This document shows, in pieces, positions 61,979-64,000 of a stretch of 64,000 bases of DNA. Positions within the stretch are counted from its first letter, which is position 1. Every line of letters begins with the position of its first letter. The stretch covers positions 91,866 through 155,865 of the forward strand of contig CAYLIG010000001.1 of the NCBI GenBank assembly GCA_964383635.1. Reading direction: 5' to 3'. A model generated the notes under the pieces. That model saw only the letters and a list, made by a program, of their open reading frames with translations, did no database searches and was not told where the DNA came from. The translations under genes and the position numbers were made by a program. The DNA comes from an uncultured Christensenella sp. GTDB lineage: Bacteria; Bacillota; Clostridia; Christensenellales; CAG-138.

Positions 61979-63388
61979 ATGAGCAAGCTATATATCACCG
62001 ACACGATCCTTCGCGACGCGCATCAGTCCAAGGCTGCCACGCGTATGCGCACGGAGGACATGCTCCCCGCCTGCGAAGTGCTCGATTCCATCGGTTACTG
62101 GTCGCTGGAAGTCTGGGGCGGCGCGACATTTGACGCCTGCCTGCGCTTCTTAAACGAAGATCCCTGGGATCGCCTCAGAACGCTGCGCAAGGCCCTGCCA
62201 AACACAAAGCTGCAGATGCTCTTCCGCGGACAAAACATCCTCGGATACAAGCATTATGCGGACGACGTGGTCGAGCAGTTCTGCAAGAAGGCGATTGAAA
62301 ACGGCATCGACATCATCCGCATCTTCGATGCGCTGAACGATCCGAGAAACCTGGAAAGCGCGATTCATTTTACGAAGAAATACGGCGGCTTCTGCGAGCC
62401 TGCCATCAGCTACACCGTATCCCCCGTGCACAACGAGGATTATTTTGTGAAGCTGGCCAAAGAACTCGTCCAGATGGGTGCGGACAGCATCTGCATCAAG
62501 GACATGGCGAACCTGCTGCTGCCGTACGACGCGTATTCGCTCGTTTCGCGGCTCAAGAAGGATATCGATGTGCCGATTCATCTGCACACGCACAACACCA
62601 CCGGCACCGGCGACATGGTCTATCTCATGGCCGCGCAGGCCGGCGTGGATATCGTGGACTGTGCGCTTTCGCCTTTCGGCAACGGCACGGCGCAGCCCGC
62701 GACCGAGCCGCTCGTGGCCACCCTCAAGGGAACCGACCGCGACACCGGGCTCGACCTGCTCAAGCTCTCCGAGGCGGCGAAGATTTTCCGTCCCGTCGCG
62801 GATCGCATGCTCAAGGACGGCACCATGTCCGTCAAGGCGCTGCAGGTGGACGTCAACACGCTGCTGTATCAGGTTCCGGGCGGCATGCTTTCAAACCTGA
62901 TCTCCCAGCTCAAAGAAGCGGGCAAATCCGACAAGTATTACGAGGTGCTTGAGGAAGTGCCGCGCGTACGCAAGGACTTCGGCTATCCGCCGCTTGTCAC
63001 GCCGACCAGCCAGATCGTCGGCACGCAAGCCGTTCTGAACGTCATCAGCGGCGAGCGCTATAAGGTCTTTACCAAGGAATCCAAGGCGCTGCTGCGCGGT
63101 GAATACGGCCAGCTGCCCGCGCCCGTCAACGAAGAAGTGCGCAAGAAGGCCATCGGTGACGACGAAGTGATTACCTGCCGTCCGGCGGACCTGCTCAAGC
63201 CCGAGCTGGAGCAGTACCGCGAGGAGATCAAGGATCACATCCGTCAGGACGAGGATGTTCTCAGCTATGCGCTCTTCCCGCAGGTTGCGCTCAAGTTCTT
63301 TGAAGCGCGCGAGGAAGCGGAACGCAAGGCGCAGGAGCAGAAAGACGACGGCGTACGTTCGCTCTACGTCGAGGACATCGGCGCGTAA
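61979..63388 (+). CDS. carboxyltransferase 5S / oxaloacetate decarboxylase alpha-like subunit (no own biotin domain)
   Basis: ITDTILRDAHQS, GGATFDA, IKDMANLLLP and HLHTHNTTGTG motifs of the pyruvate carboxyltransferase (HMGL-like) domain; 469 aa. Confidence 0.88.
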   Translation: MSKLYITDTILRDAHQSKAATRMRTEDMLPACEVLDSIGYWSLEVWGGATFDACLRFLNEDPWDRLRTLRKALPNTKLQMLFRGQNILGYKHYADDVVEQFCKKAIENGIDIIRIFDALNDPRNLESAIHFTKKYGGFCEPAISYTVSPVHNEDYFVKLAKELVQMGADSICIKDMANLLLPYDAYSLVSRLKKDIDVPIHLHTHNTTGTGDMVYLMAAQAGVDIVDCALSPFGNGTAQPATEPLVATLKGTDRDTGLDLLKLSEAAKIFRPVADRMLKDGTMSVKALQVDVNTLLYQVPGGMLSNLISQLKEAGKSDKYYEVLEEVPRVRKDFGYPPLVTPTSQIVGTQAVLNVISGERYKVFTKESKALLRGEYGQLPAPVNEEVRKKAIGDDEVITCRPADLLKPELEQYREEIKDHIRQDEDVLSYALFPQVALKFFEAREEAERKAQEQKDDGVRSLYVEDIGA

Positions 63389-63390
63389 CG

Positions 63391-63966
63391 ATGCGACATC
63401 TTCCGAACATTCTATCCGGAATACGCATTATTCTCGTGGGTGTGTTCGCGATGCTGTTTCGGGCAGGCAGATATCTGCCTGCCCTTTCCGTATTTGTGTT
63501 CGCTTTTTTCACGGATGTTCTGGACGGCCAGCTTGCGCGCGCGAACGGCTGGGTGACAAACCTCGGCAAGCTGCTCGATCCTCTGGCGGATAAGCTCATG
63601 ACGCTTGCCGCGCTTGTTTGCATCTATCTGGGCAAACAGAAAGCGGCTTACCTGATTCTGTTTCTGCTCATGGCGCTCAAGGAACTGCTCATGGTCGTCG
63701 GCGGGCTGTTCATGGCCAAGCGAAACGTCGTCGCCATGGCGGACTGGCCGGGCAAGATTGCCACGGGGCTGTTTGCCGTGGGCGTGATGCTTTCGCTGCT
63801 GTCGTTCCTCTCGCTCCAGGTGGAACCCTGGAACCTGATCATCCTAGCGGTGGCGACGGCGATGTCCTATTTTGCGCTGATCTACTATGCGGCGACGCAG
63901 CTGCCCAAGGCACTCGGAAAAAACAGCGGCGCGCGGGACGGTGCGAGCGAGCGCATAAATAGCTGA
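63391..63966 (+). CDS. pgsA: CDP-diacylglycerol--glycerol-3-phosphate 3-phosphatidyltransferase
   Basis: CDP-alcohol phosphotransferase motif DVLDGQLAR...GKLLDPLADK, on a multi-TM 191-aa protein. Confidence 0.88.
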   Translation: MRHLPNILSGIRIILVGVFAMLFRAGRYLPALSVFVFAFFTDVLDGQLARANGWVTNLGKLLDPLADKLMTLAALVCIYLGKQKAAYLILFLLMALKELLMVVGGLFMAKRNVVAMADWPGKIATGLFAVGVMLSLLSFLSLQVEPWNLIILAVATAMSYFALIYYAATQLPKALGKNSGARDGASERINS

Positions 63967-64000
63967 GCGGACAACGCGAAGTTTTCGGAAAATGACTTGC

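Noticed and set aside
1-64000. rRNA, tRNA, tmRNA or CRISPR features
   Set aside because: I scanned the intergenic regions by eye. No cloverleaf-like GC-rich 70-90-nt segments, rRNA-like stretches or repeat-spacer arrays were seen. Absence is not proven without tRNAscan-SE or Infernal.

Overview
High-GC chromosomal window. Gene content suggests a Firmicutes/Clostridia (Oscillospirales-like) organism; this is inference, as I could run no search. I support about 61 protein-coding genes and saw no rRNA, tRNA, CRISPR array, integrase or transposase. Core housekeeping genes are rplM-rpsI, rpsU (56 aa, absent from the ORF track), nrdR, pgeF, ppdK, hppA, rlmD, dnaE, whiA, rapZ, murB, rluB and pgsA. 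A nucleoside-salvage block holds a 5'-nucleotidase lipoprotein, a deoxyribosyltransferase-like gene, tdk and a BMP-type ABC importer. Other content: three GGDEF-only diguanylate cyclases, a two-gene AmmeMemoRadiSam system, a barnase/barstar pair, and decarboxylase/carboxyltransferase subunits (oadG-like, biotin carrier, 5S/OadA-like). A minus-strand run carries small-molecule-modifying enzymes (GNATs, ICMT-like methyltransferase, alpha/beta hydrolase, VOC). Four loci deserve a second look. (1) An AT-rich island at about 50.7-54.2 kb holds a 650-aa orphan protein converging on a 702-bp tandem pair of membrane-anchored paralogs. The 5' two-thirds of the pair are almost identical and the 3' thirds have diverged. 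(2) An AT-rich island at about 41.2-42.8 kb carries four small unrecognisable ORFs, one interrupted by an in-frame TAG at codon 11. (3) A membrane HEAT-repeat protein is translationally adjacent to a membrane GT2-like protein in which all three catalytic signatures look degenerate by eye. (4) The AmmeMemoRadiSam locus has a LigB-like domain fused to AMMECR1. All product calls rest on motif recognition by eye and memory of families. Start codons were chosen from RBS context and several are uncertain.
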